Assembly: GCA_051294375.1 (NCBI GenBank)
Contig: JBJCIZ010000207.1
Location: forward strand, 68,731 to 132,730
Source of the DNA: Paraspadella gotoi
Taxonomy: Eukaryota > Animalia > Chaetognatha
Direction of reading: 5' to 3'
DNA: 64,000 nucleotides
Shown: piece after piece, positions 40,830 to 54,328 of the stretch
Layout: each line of letters starts with the position of its first letter
Position numbering within the stretch: the stretch's first letter is position 1
The notes under the pieces: model-generated
The model's database searches: none
The model's input: the letters and a program-made list of their open reading frames with translations, nothing else
What the model was told of the DNA's origin: nothing
Position numbers and translations under genes: made by a program

Positions 40830-43800
40830 CTAGAGAAAACAGAAAACTGAGTTTGAATTAAAGACACAAATACTGAAAAAGCCTACAAAAATCTGGGTCT
40901 TTCCAAAACACTAGATTGGAGTTTCGAGGGCAAACATCTGGCACTTTTTTACAAAGAAGCCCCCCCTTGCTGCGGCTCCTGAAGCAGCGGACTCAAACAC
41001 ACGCACAAAAATCGTATCTTTTGCTACTTTCATCTTCATTTTATGCGTGTGGCAAGCTGAATCTCACCACAACGTGACGAAGGGATCTTGGCAACTGCAG
41101 GGATCATGACTAAGACGTTGGCGTTGAGAATATTGTTTCACTATGTCGACGTTGCAGGGAAATATGTTCTCGTTTTAAGTATTGTTTTACTTAAAGTTTT
41201 CACTTCTGACTTCAATGTATTATTTACATTTGTAGATTCAAGTAAAAAGAGAGTGAAATAAAGAATATTACTTTTATTGTGATCGCGTGAAGATTTAAAA
41301 GCTAACTGACTTCAGTCAGGAAAACAATAAGGTAAACAATCAGTTTTCAATCAGTAACAAAAGGCTATCAATCAGTAGATCCATCTTGTGTTGATAAGAC
41401 TTTAAATCGATAAAACAAAAGATTCTTCAAATTTTTAAAGTTATTAAATCGAGTGGCTACATCCCCCGCTGTTTGAATATAAGGTGTAGAGATATGTCCT
41501 CCTTTTCCCCCCCATTTATTTGTTTGCCTTTTGTTATTACCGTTTCTGCCGATAGATGCCTCTTTTCTTTTCTTTAGGAGATTACACTCCTCTTTTCTTT
41601 TCTTGCCAGATATACTAGGCCCCATGTAGATACTTATGACTTTTCTGCCAGTCACCAAACTGCCTTTTACGAGGCTCAGGACCTTCATGTCACGTCACGT
41701 CACCCTTTTGATACCGTTTCCAGACAGTCATTGTGGCCATAGACCACGCTTGGGACTTGTGGATGCGCTTGTGGTCGGACTTTCACTCCGTCATAGACTC
41801 GTGGACGGACTTGTGGTCCATACCATTCGACCACACTCGGGTGATGACAGCCTCGCCGATTACTCCCACATCACGGCGAGCCGATGTCTCCGGCGCACGC
41901 GCAGCGGCGCCAGACGCGGCCACGCCCACTTCCGGAGGCTTCAGCGAGGGACGTGGAGGACGGTCCTCCGTAGCGGCGCGACGGCGGTCAAGCTGAGGCG
42001 GCTACACGGGCACACGGCAAGTGTTCGTACAGTAAAAGGCAGAATTTAATCTCCTCTGGCCTAAGCATCTATTTGACGTAAAAGATGTAAAGTCAAAGAC
42101 AATATCAGAATATAGACGTTGAGATAGAGAATTGTATCTTAGTATAATTTGATATGTATAACATTAACCTATTTATCTCCCTTTTGCATGGTCCGCACGA
42201 TGGCATCGGCCTCTTCAACAAACGGCACCACTCAGAATGGAGCAGATGGAATCGGTCCGGACGAGTTTGCCGAACAGCTCGAATGTCTCCGGCACATGTT
42301 TCAAGGTCTCTTCAACAGGGCCATTGAGACAGGAACATCAGCGGATCGTACGTCTGCCAACAGTATGAGAGAGGCGCTGGAAATTAAGAGGCAAGAGGCG
42401 ATGCTTCTCGCGGGAGAACATAGGCTGAGAAATATGCATGTATTATCACGAGGAATTGACAGGGTGAAAGACGTCTTGCATGAAAACCCTAAATTTCCGC
42501 CACTTTTGGCGGTTTCGAACGATGATACGATTATTGCTGACCCTGCCTCCGGCCCTGGCTCCAAGGCCGGATCCCCGTATCTCCTTCCCCCCAACCCCAC
42601 AGTGCCGGTCGTAGGGAGAGGACGGAGCAGCAGTGGACGCTCTACGATGACCGTGGGAGGAGCGGCGACGATGTCGGTAGACGATCAGGATCCGATTGCA
42701 CGTCGCTTGAGGTCCTCTGTTACAGCACCTCCGCTATTCCAGACGGCCTTTATGACCCCTCCCACTTCAGCTTTAACAAAAAGATCGCCGCTGCATGGGA
42801 CATATACAAGCGCATCCGCGCCAGTCCCATGCAGAATCCTGACTTGCGGGGCGGCAACAGCACCGATTATGAGAACAATGGCTACTGTGGCGACGGCGAC
42901 TGCGACTTCCACCGTAGTCACCACTCAGTCGTAGATTGCTATACTACAACGACCGATAAACTTTCGCCTCATGGCAGCTCGATAGATGAACGTCAACGAG
43001 CTCTGGAAGAGGCAGTACAGCAGGCCGTCGACAACAGAACTCTCGGAGCTTCATGCACTGAGGAAGAATACGAGAGAGTTGGCGGCCCTGCAAGAGGAAA
43101 ATGATCGATTACGGCAAGCGGCAGAAAGGCAATCGGCTCGACGACGCCTCCGAGCTGCGAGAGAATCCGCTGCCGATCGACTAGCGAATGAGAAACGTTC
43201 CCGTCAAGTACCAGTCACGTCCTTTACGCCGGCAGTCACTTCGGGGCCGGCGCCAATCTTCCCTGCGTTGCCGGCGCCTATCCCGAATCCCGCTGAGGTA
43301 GGCGTGAACGTCACGCCCCGGTCGAGAGGTTTGGCCGATTTAGCGACTGGTTTGAATATTCTGCCTGCTGGAAGGGCTGGACCTTCGGCCGATAACAGCC
43401 CGTCGGCGATGAACATGACGTCATTAACCGAAAGATAATCGGCGATCGAGATCATGGCTCAACAAGTGGCTGCTCACGAGGTTGAAAGAGAACAATGGAG
43501 AGTCAACAGAGAGAATTGGCGTTCAGAGAGACTTACGAAAGGAACTTCGAATCAACGGTAGTGAGAATGGTTACGATGCTCATGGGCCGTCCAGGTAAAG
43601 GAAACATCGCCCCATGAGTAGAGACGCCGCCTTCACCGCCCCGAGCTCCGACGCCTCACTACTTGTCCGCCTCCAACTTCGCCCCTTCACGATTCTCCAC
43701 CTCGACGACACACCCCTTGGCGCGAAACAGAGAGATCCAGCGATCGACGCACAACAAGCACAAATTGCCCAACTCTCAGAGCAATTGCGACAGCTACAGG

Positions 43801-44965
43801 AGAGTGTGAGCGCTTTTCAGCACATGAGAAACGGTGGGGGCGGCTTCCGGGAGGCAGCCCCGCCTCCTGAGGCTCCCCCCGCCGAGAACGATCGACTACA
43901 ACAGTATCTACACTCGCAATCGATAGAGTCGACGATTCATATGCTTACGCCCAGAAGAAATGTTTAGGAATGAAGGAGCGAAAAACAAAGTAGTCTTCAA
44001 AATTCACATGAGACAATGGGAGGCGGCGATGACTCAACCTGGTGTCACCGCCCAGATGCGTCATCAGGAACTACGCCACTGGTTCGGCGGTCTCGCGCGA
44101 TTGAAACTCCAAAAGTATTTTCATCGGACTGATTATTCGGCGGCCGTAGATGAAGCCGTTGCAATGCTTCATCAGGAATTTGGACGACCCGACGCCTCGC
44201 CTCACGAAATGCTAAAAGATTGTTTAGCCGGTGGTAAGGCAACGGAAGCGACGGAGATCGACGAGACCATTACGCATCTAGAGAATATCGCCGGCATCGC
44301 AGAGGCAAAGGACCGAATGCGCGATTTGAACCGCGACACGGTTATCTCAGATTCTCGACGCAAAGTTTCCTCAATGGAAAGACAAATTCGCAGAGGAAAA
44401 TTCGCAATCGGTCTTTAGAAATGGACGTAAACTTACGCTTTACGAATTTATCGAATTTTTGAAAATTCACCTTGTTGCGGTTAAAAAAAAAAGGTAGCGA
44501 CGACGGCTGCCCCCGTCAACGAACGGTGGGGGCATCGAGGATCAGCAAAGAGAAACGAGTGCCACAGACTCGTTCGATTCATCTGACGCAGCCGATCCTG
44601 CCCAACCGGAGTTGCAAAAGAAAAAGCGATGAAAGACGAGCATAACTGAAACAAAGCCCACGGCGCCTCTCCCAGAAGCCGATTGTGCCTACATAACAGC
44701 CAATGGCCGACTTATCCGGCCATTCAGCCGGTGCAGCCGCCGATTCAACAGGCGGCGGCTACATCTGCTCCCCAGATCCAGATGGTGACGAATACGCCAG
44801 GAGTTCCAATGTATACCTCAACGCCGACCCGTTGGCAACTCCGCATTGCTATTTTGTGGACAAGACCATATGATCTGGGAGTGTACAGGCTATCAGGCAC
44901 TCGGCGTCCAGGCGAGAGCCGACTTAGCGGCAGGCCGACGATTATGTTTAAATGTTTAACTCCTA

Positions 44966-47490
44966 GAGAGAGCAAAGAATTTGAATTTTAACAACGATTT
45001 TTATTAATAGTTGGACATGTTTCGGCTTGTTTAGTTCAAGCCTTCATCAGCATATGACATTCAATAATAAATTTTGTGCAAAAGAAGAGTGTGAAGAGAG
45101 AGAGAGGGGTAAAAGTTTTTCCAACAAAGTGGTGAGACAGAATAGTGGTCAGATGTGAGGACAGGTTGAAGGTGAGGGCAGATTGAGTGAGTTGTGAAAA
45201 GAAGTGAAACTTGTTAAAGAGAGAGAGAGAGAGAGAGAGAGAAAAAAATAAAACAACAGAGATAAATAAATAATAAAGATACATTTTTTGCAATGTACAA
45301 CAAAGATAAAGAAGTTTGAAAAAACTAACATTGGTGAAATTTAACATTTAACTAGTGAATAAATAAGTAATTAGCTAAGGGATAGTTAAGTGAAAATGAA
45401 ATATGAAAGAAAGTAGTTTTTAGTTTTAGTTGATAATTAGGAGATTAAGAAAGTGAAATTCAAGGGAAAGAAAGAGCTCAAAATGAGCTGGCCCCCCTTG
45501 TTTTATGCAAATGAAGGACAAGGACGATGAAGACGGGTCATTGGCGTGTCAGTGGCTGAGAGGAGAGTACGACCGAACTGATGAATGCCGGATTGGGAAG
45601 CGATCCTTGCGGAAAGATCCCCAGGGCTACTCTGTCTCTTTGGCCTGATACGCCTGCCGGCTGCCCTCTTCTCGCCTGCTGACGAGGTGGGCGGTTGTCC
45701 GTTCTTGCCACTTTTGTGACAGGAGTGACGGACTCCTCTCCCTCCTCCTGAAGCCGTCGTTTTGGGCGACGCTCAGTCCGCAGAGGGAGGGGCTGAGTTG
45801 CTGCATTTGAGGGGAGAGGCATCGTTTGCCCATTGCCTGCGCAAGGGTCTTTGCCTGTCTCGTTGAGTGGAGATAGGGGATTCATTGTGCGGCGTGGTGG
45901 CGGCGGGGCCTCCACCACGCTTTGATAAGCAAATCATAGCTTGGAGGGAGATCGAATCGTCCTTCATCACGGTTCAAAGAGGGCTCGAGGGCTTTGATGT
46001 AAATTGCCTCTCAAATACCTCTTGAGAACCAGTTTGGGTCATGGGACAGCACGAGACAGTCTGATTCCCTGAACAGATGGCCTGTGTCTGCCGAATGTTC
46101 AGCAATTGCGGACAAATAGTGACCTCGGGCGTCACGGTAAGGTTTTTTGTGATGTTGGAATCGATCTGTCAGAGACTTTCCTGTCTCTCCCACGTATGCT
46201 GCTGCACAGGATTGGTTGCCCACCCCTGCACAGGCCGCCCAGTAGACGGCTCCTGATGTTTTCGGTCTGGGGATTTTATCTTTTGGTTTCACCAATTGCT
46301 CACGTAGGGAGCCGCGGGCCGTCACTGAAGTGGAGATCCCCTTGCTAGCCACCAGTGCTTCAGTGATCCCCTGATGGTAGGGGAGGGACAAGTGCCACGT
46401 TCCTTGGGCGCTTCTGCTTATCTTCCACTTGCGCTGTGGTGGGCGCGGTCGGCTCTTCAGCAGCAAGCTCCCGTTCTGCCTCCTGGGGGGTGGAGGTAGA
46501 ACCTGCGTCAGCGGTTACTTGGACAGCCCCTGGTTGGCCACTGTCCTCAGCCAGGCGCGGCCGATACCTAGCCTTCTCGAAGGCCCCAATGGGTAGCCAT
46601 TGATCGCCAAGGCTCTTTTGATGTGCTCAAGCTCGGCGGCCTGAAGCTCGGGGGTCGACGGAATCAGTGCAGCTCTCCTGTAAGGGATCTGACCGTGGCG
46701 AGCTTGTGAGACAAGGGAGCATGTGAGATGAAGGGAATGTATTGGTCCGTGTGGGTCGGTTTGCGATATACATCGAGCATTGGAATTGACCCATTCACCT
46801 CCCTCTCACATGTCCACTTGATCCGCACATGGATGTTGTTCAGGTGGTTTAGTAGATCCTCAATGAGTCTTTGCGCACAGCCAGAATGGTATCGTCTGCT
46901 TTCCGATACCAGAAGAGGACTGACTCTGCCCCATGCAACAATCGAAAAGAGGCCAAAGCTTCCACCTCATAGTCCTCCATATAAAAATCTGCCAGAGGAC
47001 TTGACGTTGATTTGCCCATCCCTAAGCCACCAGGCTGGGCATAATATTGTCCATCGAACCTGAAGTACGCCAGTTCCAGGTCGAGCCGCAGCAATTGCCA
47101 TGATATCATCCAATTGGATTGGCGTACGCTCTTCCCGGTCTTCCCTCAAGCGGCGCTCTGCGGAAGCTAACGCCAAGTCTTGGGGAATGTTCGTAAACAT
47201 GCTTTGTAAATCGCACGAGACCAAGAGATGAGTATTGGGCACTTTGTGATGCTGCAACTTTTCTGTCAGATCAAGAGAATTTCTGAGGTGGTGTTGGTTA
47301 CCAACCACCGGAGTGAGTATGCGACCCAACTCCTTCGACATTCCATTGAAAATGGAATTGCGGGCTGAAACGATCGGGCGTAATGGTAAATCGGGCTTAT
47401 GTACCTTCGGCTGACCGAAGAACAAAGGAGGCTGCGTTGAGTCAGGATTGACTCTGTGAAATACTGACGGGGAGCAGTATTCACGTATTC
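44966..47490 (-). mobile_element. 5'-truncated Penelope-like retroelement (RT, GIY-YIG endonuclease, pseudo-LTR)
   Basis: PKVHKPDLPLRPIVS, CDLQSMFTNIP, GLGMGKSTS, WYRKADD, VYRKPTHTDQY, GAVY..YVGETG; 12-bp TSD GTTTAACTCCTA at 44954-44965 and 47491-47502. Confidence 0.93.
45003..45060 (-). ncRNA. Minimal type I hammerhead ribozyme in the Penelope pseudo-LTR
   Basis: CTGATGA-A-GGCTTG-AACTAAA-CAAGCC-GAAACATGTC: intact core, 6-bp stem II, palindromic stem III. Confidence 0.85.
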
Positions 47491-50441
47491 GTTTAACTCC
47501 TAATCATTTAGCAATTAGATGTAGATCTAGTGTACCATGTAATCAGTGCAGGGGAAATCATCATCCCATGCTGCACGGCGCGGCGCCGGTGCCCCGACAG
47601 ATCCCGGTTAATCAGGTGGCACAATATCAGCCACAACTGGTTTATGTTCAAACTCCTGCTCCCGCTCATGCTACACCTACCTTTTTTCAATCCGCTCCCT
47701 CCTCCTATGCTGTTTTTTCTCCTCCCCAGCCCCTTCAGAACCCTGGGACGGCAGGGAGGACTGGCGGATTCAGATCAAACGAGACCAATGACGACGGTTC
47801 CCATGCCCCCGGCAGCAGCAGCGACACCAGCAGCGATGCCCACTCCGCAAGCGGGAACAATCAACAGTTGACTAGCAGTTGCGTCCGCTCCTGGCAAGGC
47901 GACCTTTCGTCCTGTCGTGCCAGTCGTCGTCGAGATGAACGGACGCAAACCCACGACTTATGCAATGATTGATAGTGGCTGTAATTGCTGCGTATTGAAA
48001 GAAAACATTGCCAACGATCTAAGTATAACTTGCAATGATGTAAAAATGAGAATTCGAACTTTAGATAGTGATGTTATTGTAGACAAGAAAGTTGCTGATT
48101 TTAATATTGAACCACTTAATGGAAATTTTTCTCTATCAGGAAAGCGATTGTGGGATGTTTACTGACTTTGGAGGACGACCTCCCCCCGTGCGATGAAGAT
48201 GTGGTCGACAAGCCTCATCTCAAGGGGGTAACGTTCCCCAACCTCCCTGACAAGGAGGTCGGCGTGCTCCTCCCGGCAAACTACGCCTACACTTGGATTG
48301 ATGGAGAGGTTCGACGAGGTTCGCGAGACCAGCCGGTAGCCATCAATACGATGTTCGGCTGGACTTTGATCGGACCCAGAGATGGGAAAAGCGGCGATGA
48401 CGTGGATTGCGCACGCATGACCGTCAAGTTTGTTGAAGATTTACTAATTGTACATAAATATATCGTTGACTTACTCGACGACTTTCATTTAGTACAGTCG
48501 ATGCAAAAGATGGTGAAAGATTATCGGTTTTGCGACTTCCGTAAAACAAAAAACAGTGAAATGTTGCGAGTCTCAAACAATAAGCCCAACAACTTTGTCG
48601 ACAACCGTGGCGCCAACCGACAACAGATCCTTTCTCGAAAACCAAAACCCTTGCTCAGCTCCTTCCTTCCCCCTCGATGCCGGAGCTCATTCCGGCGGGG
48701 GAGAACCATTTTCAGCAAAGACGAGAACCAACCCACGATCTTTGAAAGAGAGGAGGCGCCCAAGTCCGCGCCCCCGCCGACTTACGGCGAGCCAGACGCG
48801 GCCTGGCGCTCGTCAGAAAGAACATTGAAGCTGATTCTGTCGCGACATCGCAGCCAAAGACCGGAAATTGTCCATGGACGCTGTTGTATTATAGACTCAT
48901 TTTTAAAATTTTATCCATTTGTTTTTATCTATTAGCTTGGAGTATCCTTCTTGAAACGTTCGATTTTATCATTTAAAGATTAGTTCCCCTTTTTTTATTG
49001 TTTGCTCAACTGGTCGTTCTCTACTAAGAAATTTGACGCGTACGCTCAAAAGAAAATTTTATTTCGACAATCTCGTGACATGGTTAAAATTCATTGTGTA
49101 ACACATTGCAAAAAAAATAATTTATTTACTTTGATATTGTGACATTCAAACGTTAGAAAGATTCAATCACATAACTGTAAAAGAAGGTACAGTTTTTTGA
49201 CAGGCATTGAAAACAATACGGATAAACAATATTTTCTTCCTCTCCCTTTTCTTATTTTTTTTCAGTTATTTCTACACTTTATTTATTTTTTCTTTCTTAT
49301 CTTTGTCTTATTTCTCCCTTTCCACCTATCTTGATTCTTCTCTTCCCCTTTCTTGATTCTTTCTCTTCCTCTTGGGCCATGCTTTACACTGCCCTTCCAG
49401 ATCAGAGCGGTTTTCGTTGGAGTTTTTCCACCGCTCTGATGGAGCGCTGGAGGTGGGGGTGTAGAGATATGTCCTCCTTTTCCCCCCCCATTTATTTGTT
49501 TGCCTTTTGTTATTACCGTTTCTGCCGATAGATGCCTCTTTTCTTTTCTTTACAAGATTACACTCCTCTTTTCTTTTCTTACCAGATATACTAGGCCCTA
49601 TGTAGATACGTCACCAAACTGCCTTTTACGAGGCTCAGGACCTTCATGTCACGTCACGTTACTCTTTTGATACCGTTTCCAGACAGTCATTGTGGCCATA
49701 GACCACGCTTGGGACTTGTGGATGCGCTTGTGGTCGGACTTTCACTCCGTCATAGACTCGTGGACGGACTTGTGGTCCATACCATTCGACCACACTCGGG
49801 TGACGACAGCCTAGCCAATTACTCCACATCACGGTGAGCCGACGTTTCCGGCGCACGCGCAGCGGCGCCAGACGCGGCCACGCCCACTTCGGGAGGCTTC
49901 AGCGAGGTACGTGGAGGACGACGGTCCTCCGTAGCGGCGCGACGGCGGTCAAGCTGAGGCGGCTACACGGGCACACGGCAAGTGTTCGTACATAAGGGTT
50001 TAACTGATTAATATTCACAATGATGTTTAAAAATCAATTAATATTAAAATTACTAATAGGACGGGGTAACGATAATAAAATTCTAAAATAGACCGACTTT
50101 TCGTTTCTCTTCGATAATCAAATAATAACCATTGCTTTGTAAAATTACAAATAATTCAAAATTTCAAAATTGAAAAATATTTACAATAAATACTAATAAT
50201 AATGGGATATCAGCTGTCAGAACCACCGCCGAGGATGCTGATGGACGAAGATGGATAAAGATAGGTTCTGGCAGTTGATTAGGTCGAACAGCGGGAATTT
50301 TGTTGTTTTTTGTTGTTGTCGTTGTTATCGTTCTTCTTTTTGTCGTTGCAGCATCTTTCTCAGCACTACAGCGTATGTAGGACGACTGTTGGATTCGTAA
50401 GGCTTGTTGGAGATTTTTTTTGTTGTCGGCCTCAAAAATCT

Positions 50442-53400
50442 CTACATTGGCTCAGATCTTTCATTTTCGAGGTTGTTGTTGTGGATTTCGTCTTCTCCTT
50501 TCGTAGATGGAGTCGTCTTGCGTGGAGGGCTGGGAGAATGTGATGCTGGAAGGAAAAAAAGTAAAGGGGACTGGGGTAGGTCGGGGGAAGGTTGGGAAAG
50601 ATTTTGGGTAATTTGGGTAATTTGGGTAGGGGTAGGTGAAGGAGGTGGAGGAGAAGGTGACGTCGCTCTTTGATTATGCGAACGCGTTGTTCTCGTAGTT
50701 GTAGCGGGTTGTCTCGTTCTGATTCCGGGTTTTCGACCTGGAGCTCTCCTCTGACGTGCCTCTGGGGTGCCGACCTCCACATCCTCGTCGCTAACCCATG
50801 CTGGTTTGATTCTAGCAATGTTAATCGTTGCGCGACCGACGCTTGGTATTTCCACAGTCATATTTAATCCATTTTTATGGATTATGCGAAAGGGTCCTTC
50901 GTATGGAGGGACGAGAGGGGGTTGGACGCCTGCCCTTCTGACGAAGACATACTTTGCGGACTCTAGGTTCGCCGGGAGGTGCACTGCCGGCTGTCGGTGG
51001 GCTGATGTTTCTGTTGGCTGAAGACTTCTAAACGAAGTTTCAATTACCTTTTTTCTTCGTTGTCGATTTAATTTGTCGTTGTTCGTCTGAGCGTCACCGA
51101 GTATGTCGCCGGGGATGCCGATACCCTCGCCGAATACGAGGTCGGCTGCAGAGGCTCCAATGTCTTCTTTCACAGTGGTTCTGATCGCTAAAACTTGTCG
51201 ACGATGGTGAGCAGATGGGAGATGCCGTTGGACTTGGGCATCTTCACCAGGTCGAGGTTAAGGTGTTGGAATCGGCGAGCTGGTACTTCGAAATTGCCTA
51301 TTTCGGGAACTGTATGTTTGTTTATTTTTGCTCGTTGACAACTTATACAGTTACGTGCCCATTGGGAGACGTCTTGCCTCATTCCAGTACACACAAACTT
51401 TGCAGCGACTGCCTTTTGAGAAGCATCAACTCCAGGATGTCCTCGTCCATGTATTATGTCAAATATTTTTCGACGCCAGGCCGTTGGAACAAAAGAACGC
51501 GCGGGACCATTCAAAATATCGACGAGTAGTTCATAGTCTCCGACTTTTATTTTTCTGAAGGAGAGGCCGGAGTGGGCGTCCTCTGCGATCCTCTGAAACT
51601 CTGGGTTGAGGGTTTGTTCCTTGGCAAGTTGCTCAATGTCCACTTCGAAGTTTGTTAGTGACGCTATGACAGCGTTGACGTCTTCAAGTTTATCAGATTT
51701 GATTGGTCGATCAAGTTTCTCGCCGCTTGGCGTCGACGTTGACGCTGGTGATAACGCTGGCTTTGGTGCTGGCACTGACGTTGACGCTGAAATTGACGCT
51801 GCGATTGGAGCTTGTTTTTGCGTGATGACAGAGATTGATTCTGCTGTCGATGTTGACGCTTTAGTCTCCTCTTTTTTGTCGCCTTTTGTAATTGACGTTG
51901 TCGACGCGGCGTTAGAACGAGAGAGGGCGTCGGCAACGACATTTGCCTTGCCCTTGAGATATCCTACATCCGTTGTAAATTCAGCGATTGCTGATAGTTG
52001 GTACGATTGTAGTCTGGGGCTCAGTTTTTTTTCGTATGGCGGAGACTAAACTCTGGTGGTCCGTGTAAAGGGTGAAGGCGCGGCCTTTGACCCAATGGCG
52101 GAAGTGTCTCACTGCCCTAAAGGCGCCGTAAAGCTCTCTATCGAACGGTGGCCAGAGCTTTTCTTGGCAAGTTTCGCGGAGAAGAAGTCTAGGGGCTCCC
52201 AGCCCTTCGGTCCTCGCTGCTCCAGAACGGCGCCGACGGCGTGGTCTGAAGCATCCGTTGTGATGCACAGTTGTGCTCCAGTACGAGGATGATGGAGAAG
52301 GGCTGCGGAGATTAATCTCTCCTTGATGCCTCAAACGCGTTTTCGCAGTCTGTCGTCCAGTTCAAGGCTTTCGGCTTTCCACTTAGAGCTTCATATAGTG
52401 GTGCGCAGCGGTGAGCGACTCTTGGGATGAAACAACGATAGTAGTTAATCATCCCAAGAAATCGTTGAAGCTCTTTGATCGACGTTGGTCTCGTGGTTTC
52501 TTGGAGAGTTTTTACTCTCTGGAAGAGGTCGTACTCCGTTTCGATCGACAAGAAAACCGAGAAACTCAAGCGAGTCTTGGCCCAGTAGACATTTTTTGGT
52601 GTTAACCACCAGTCCGTTCTCGTCGGGAGCCTTGAAGACTCTTTCCAGGTCTTGGAGATGTTCCTCGGGCGTTGGCGATGGCATGAGGATGTCGTCCAAG
52701 TAGATGAAGGTATGTCTCCTAATATCTCCTAATGTCTCCTAATGTCTCCTAATATGTGATCCATCAGCCGCTGAAAGTCCTGTCCGGCGTTTTTAAGGCC
52801 GAACGGACAGCGGGGGAACACATAGGCCGAAGGTCGTTATCACGGCCGTCTTCTTTACATCCTCTGGATTCATCGGGATTTGGTGGTAACCTTTGAGCAA
52901 GTCTATTTTCGAAAAAATAGTCTTGCCCTCCATTTGCGAATTGAAATCCAAGAGGAGCTTAACTGGATATCTGTCGTCGATGGTCTGGGCGTTGAGACAG
53001 CAATAGTCGCTGCAGCAACGCCACCCTCCATCCGGTTTCGAGACGACGTGGAGCGGGGACGACCACTCCGATTTTCCATGCTTCGCGATCCCGAGGGAGA
53101 CCATTTTCTCCAGTTCTCTTTTGGCCATGGCCAGCTTTTCCGGGTCGAGGCGACGCGCTAGTGACTGGCACGGGCGCCCTTCCGTCGGTATAGAATGGGT
53201 GACGCCGTGGCGTGGCTCCATTTCAAAAGTGGGCGTCGAAAATGAGGGGAAGGACTCCAATAGCTTATAGTACTTCTCGCCTTTTCTATCTACGAAGTTG
53301 ACGTGTGCAGCAGTCTCCTTTGAAGTCAACGCCGCGATTGTCGAGTAGTTTCAAAGGTCAATGAGAAGTCCATCTCGATGGTTAGGTGCTAAGTAATTCT

Positions 53401-53700
53401 CTGCTAAAAAATCGGCACTGAGAATATTCTGCTTGACGTCTGCAACGACAAAACTATGTATTTTCGATTGCCAAGTTGAACTGTTCTTTCCACCGTCCCG
53501 TAGCAGTTGATGGACTAGCCGTTGGCTGCCTGAAGTTTTAGCTGCGAATCTGGGCCGCGGCTGCGCTGCTGCGACGTCGATGGCACAATCAACAAAGCGC
53601 CTCCATCGATGAGCCACTTCGTCCGATCCCCGGCGTCCCTGATGAAAATTAGGTCGTTCGACGCAGGTGAACGTGTTGACTCGTGGGGGACGGCGTTCAC
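50442..53700 (-). pseudogene. pol: Pol of Gypsy C (PR, RT, RH, INT with an internal deletion, GPY/F motif)
   Basis: WLIDGGA; WSSPLHVV, FSKIDLLKGYHQIP, YLDD; LQRFLGMINYY; FDREL, LYTDHQSL; HGRGHPG..CISCQ; PPYEGPF. Confidence 0.92.
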
Positions 53701-54328
53701 CTGCGTCGTCCCCCTTTGGCGTTTCCCTCTTTCCTCTTTTGCATTTTGTCGAAACGGGCGCATCCCGGCTCGCAGGACCAGGCCTCGCTTCCGAATTTAA
53801 TGTGCTTAGCACAGAGTAGTGAGTTTGGCCTTGGTTTTTCCTTTGGTCGGGGCGTTAGGGCGTCATTTGTTGTTTTTTTTCTGAGATCGTCGATAGTAAG
53901 AGTTTTCGTTTTTTTGACTAATTGAGCGAGAATTTTTGAATGTTTGGCGCCGTCGATGTCGAGGTTGTCGAGGAGGGTGGCTGCCTGCTGGCGCCGGGTT
54001 AGGCCGTACTCCTTGCGTAGGTAGCGGATAAATTGGTCCCATGCCTCCTCGGTCGCGTCGCCGAACAGAAATTGATTGATGTTGGGATCAACGTCGATGG
54101 CGATCTTCGACGATGTGCAAATTTGTTTTTAGGAGCGGTGACGCCAGCGCGCGTGTAGGCGGCCTCCACCCTCCTAATCCAGATCTCGATATTGTCCTTG
54201 TCGAAGTCGGGTAGGTCCGGCTTTCTATTCGACGCCCGCTCGAGAGCACGCGTGGCGGCGGCGAGAGCGGCGCGGAGTTCAGCGTTCTCGTCCTGTAAGT
54301 CCCTGTCGGTGGCGCCGGCCATTGCCAT
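53700..54328 (-). pseudogene. gag: Gag of Gypsy C (frameshifted)
   Basis: KPDLPDFDKDNIEIWIRRVEAAY N-terminal motif; Cys/His knuckle near 53740-53820. Confidence 0.75.

Larger units (their letters stand above)
42200..48430 (+). pseudogene. gag: BEL gag-protease polyprotein, frameshifted and interrupted by Penelope
   Basis: ORFs 42149, 42986, 43614, 43960, 47917, 48150; knuckle CLTP|NHLAIRC..CNQCRGNHHPMLH rejoins across the Penelope TSD. Confidence 0.8.
41485..49992 (+). mobile_element. BEL/Pao LTR retrotransposon, internally deleted (gag and protease only)
   Basis: LTRs 41485-42031 and 49460-49992 (TGTAG...GTACA), 5-bp TSD TAAGG, PPT GGAGGTGGGGG; BEL-type triple Cys/His knuckle; YAMIDSG protease; FGWTLIGP. 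Confidence 0.9.
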
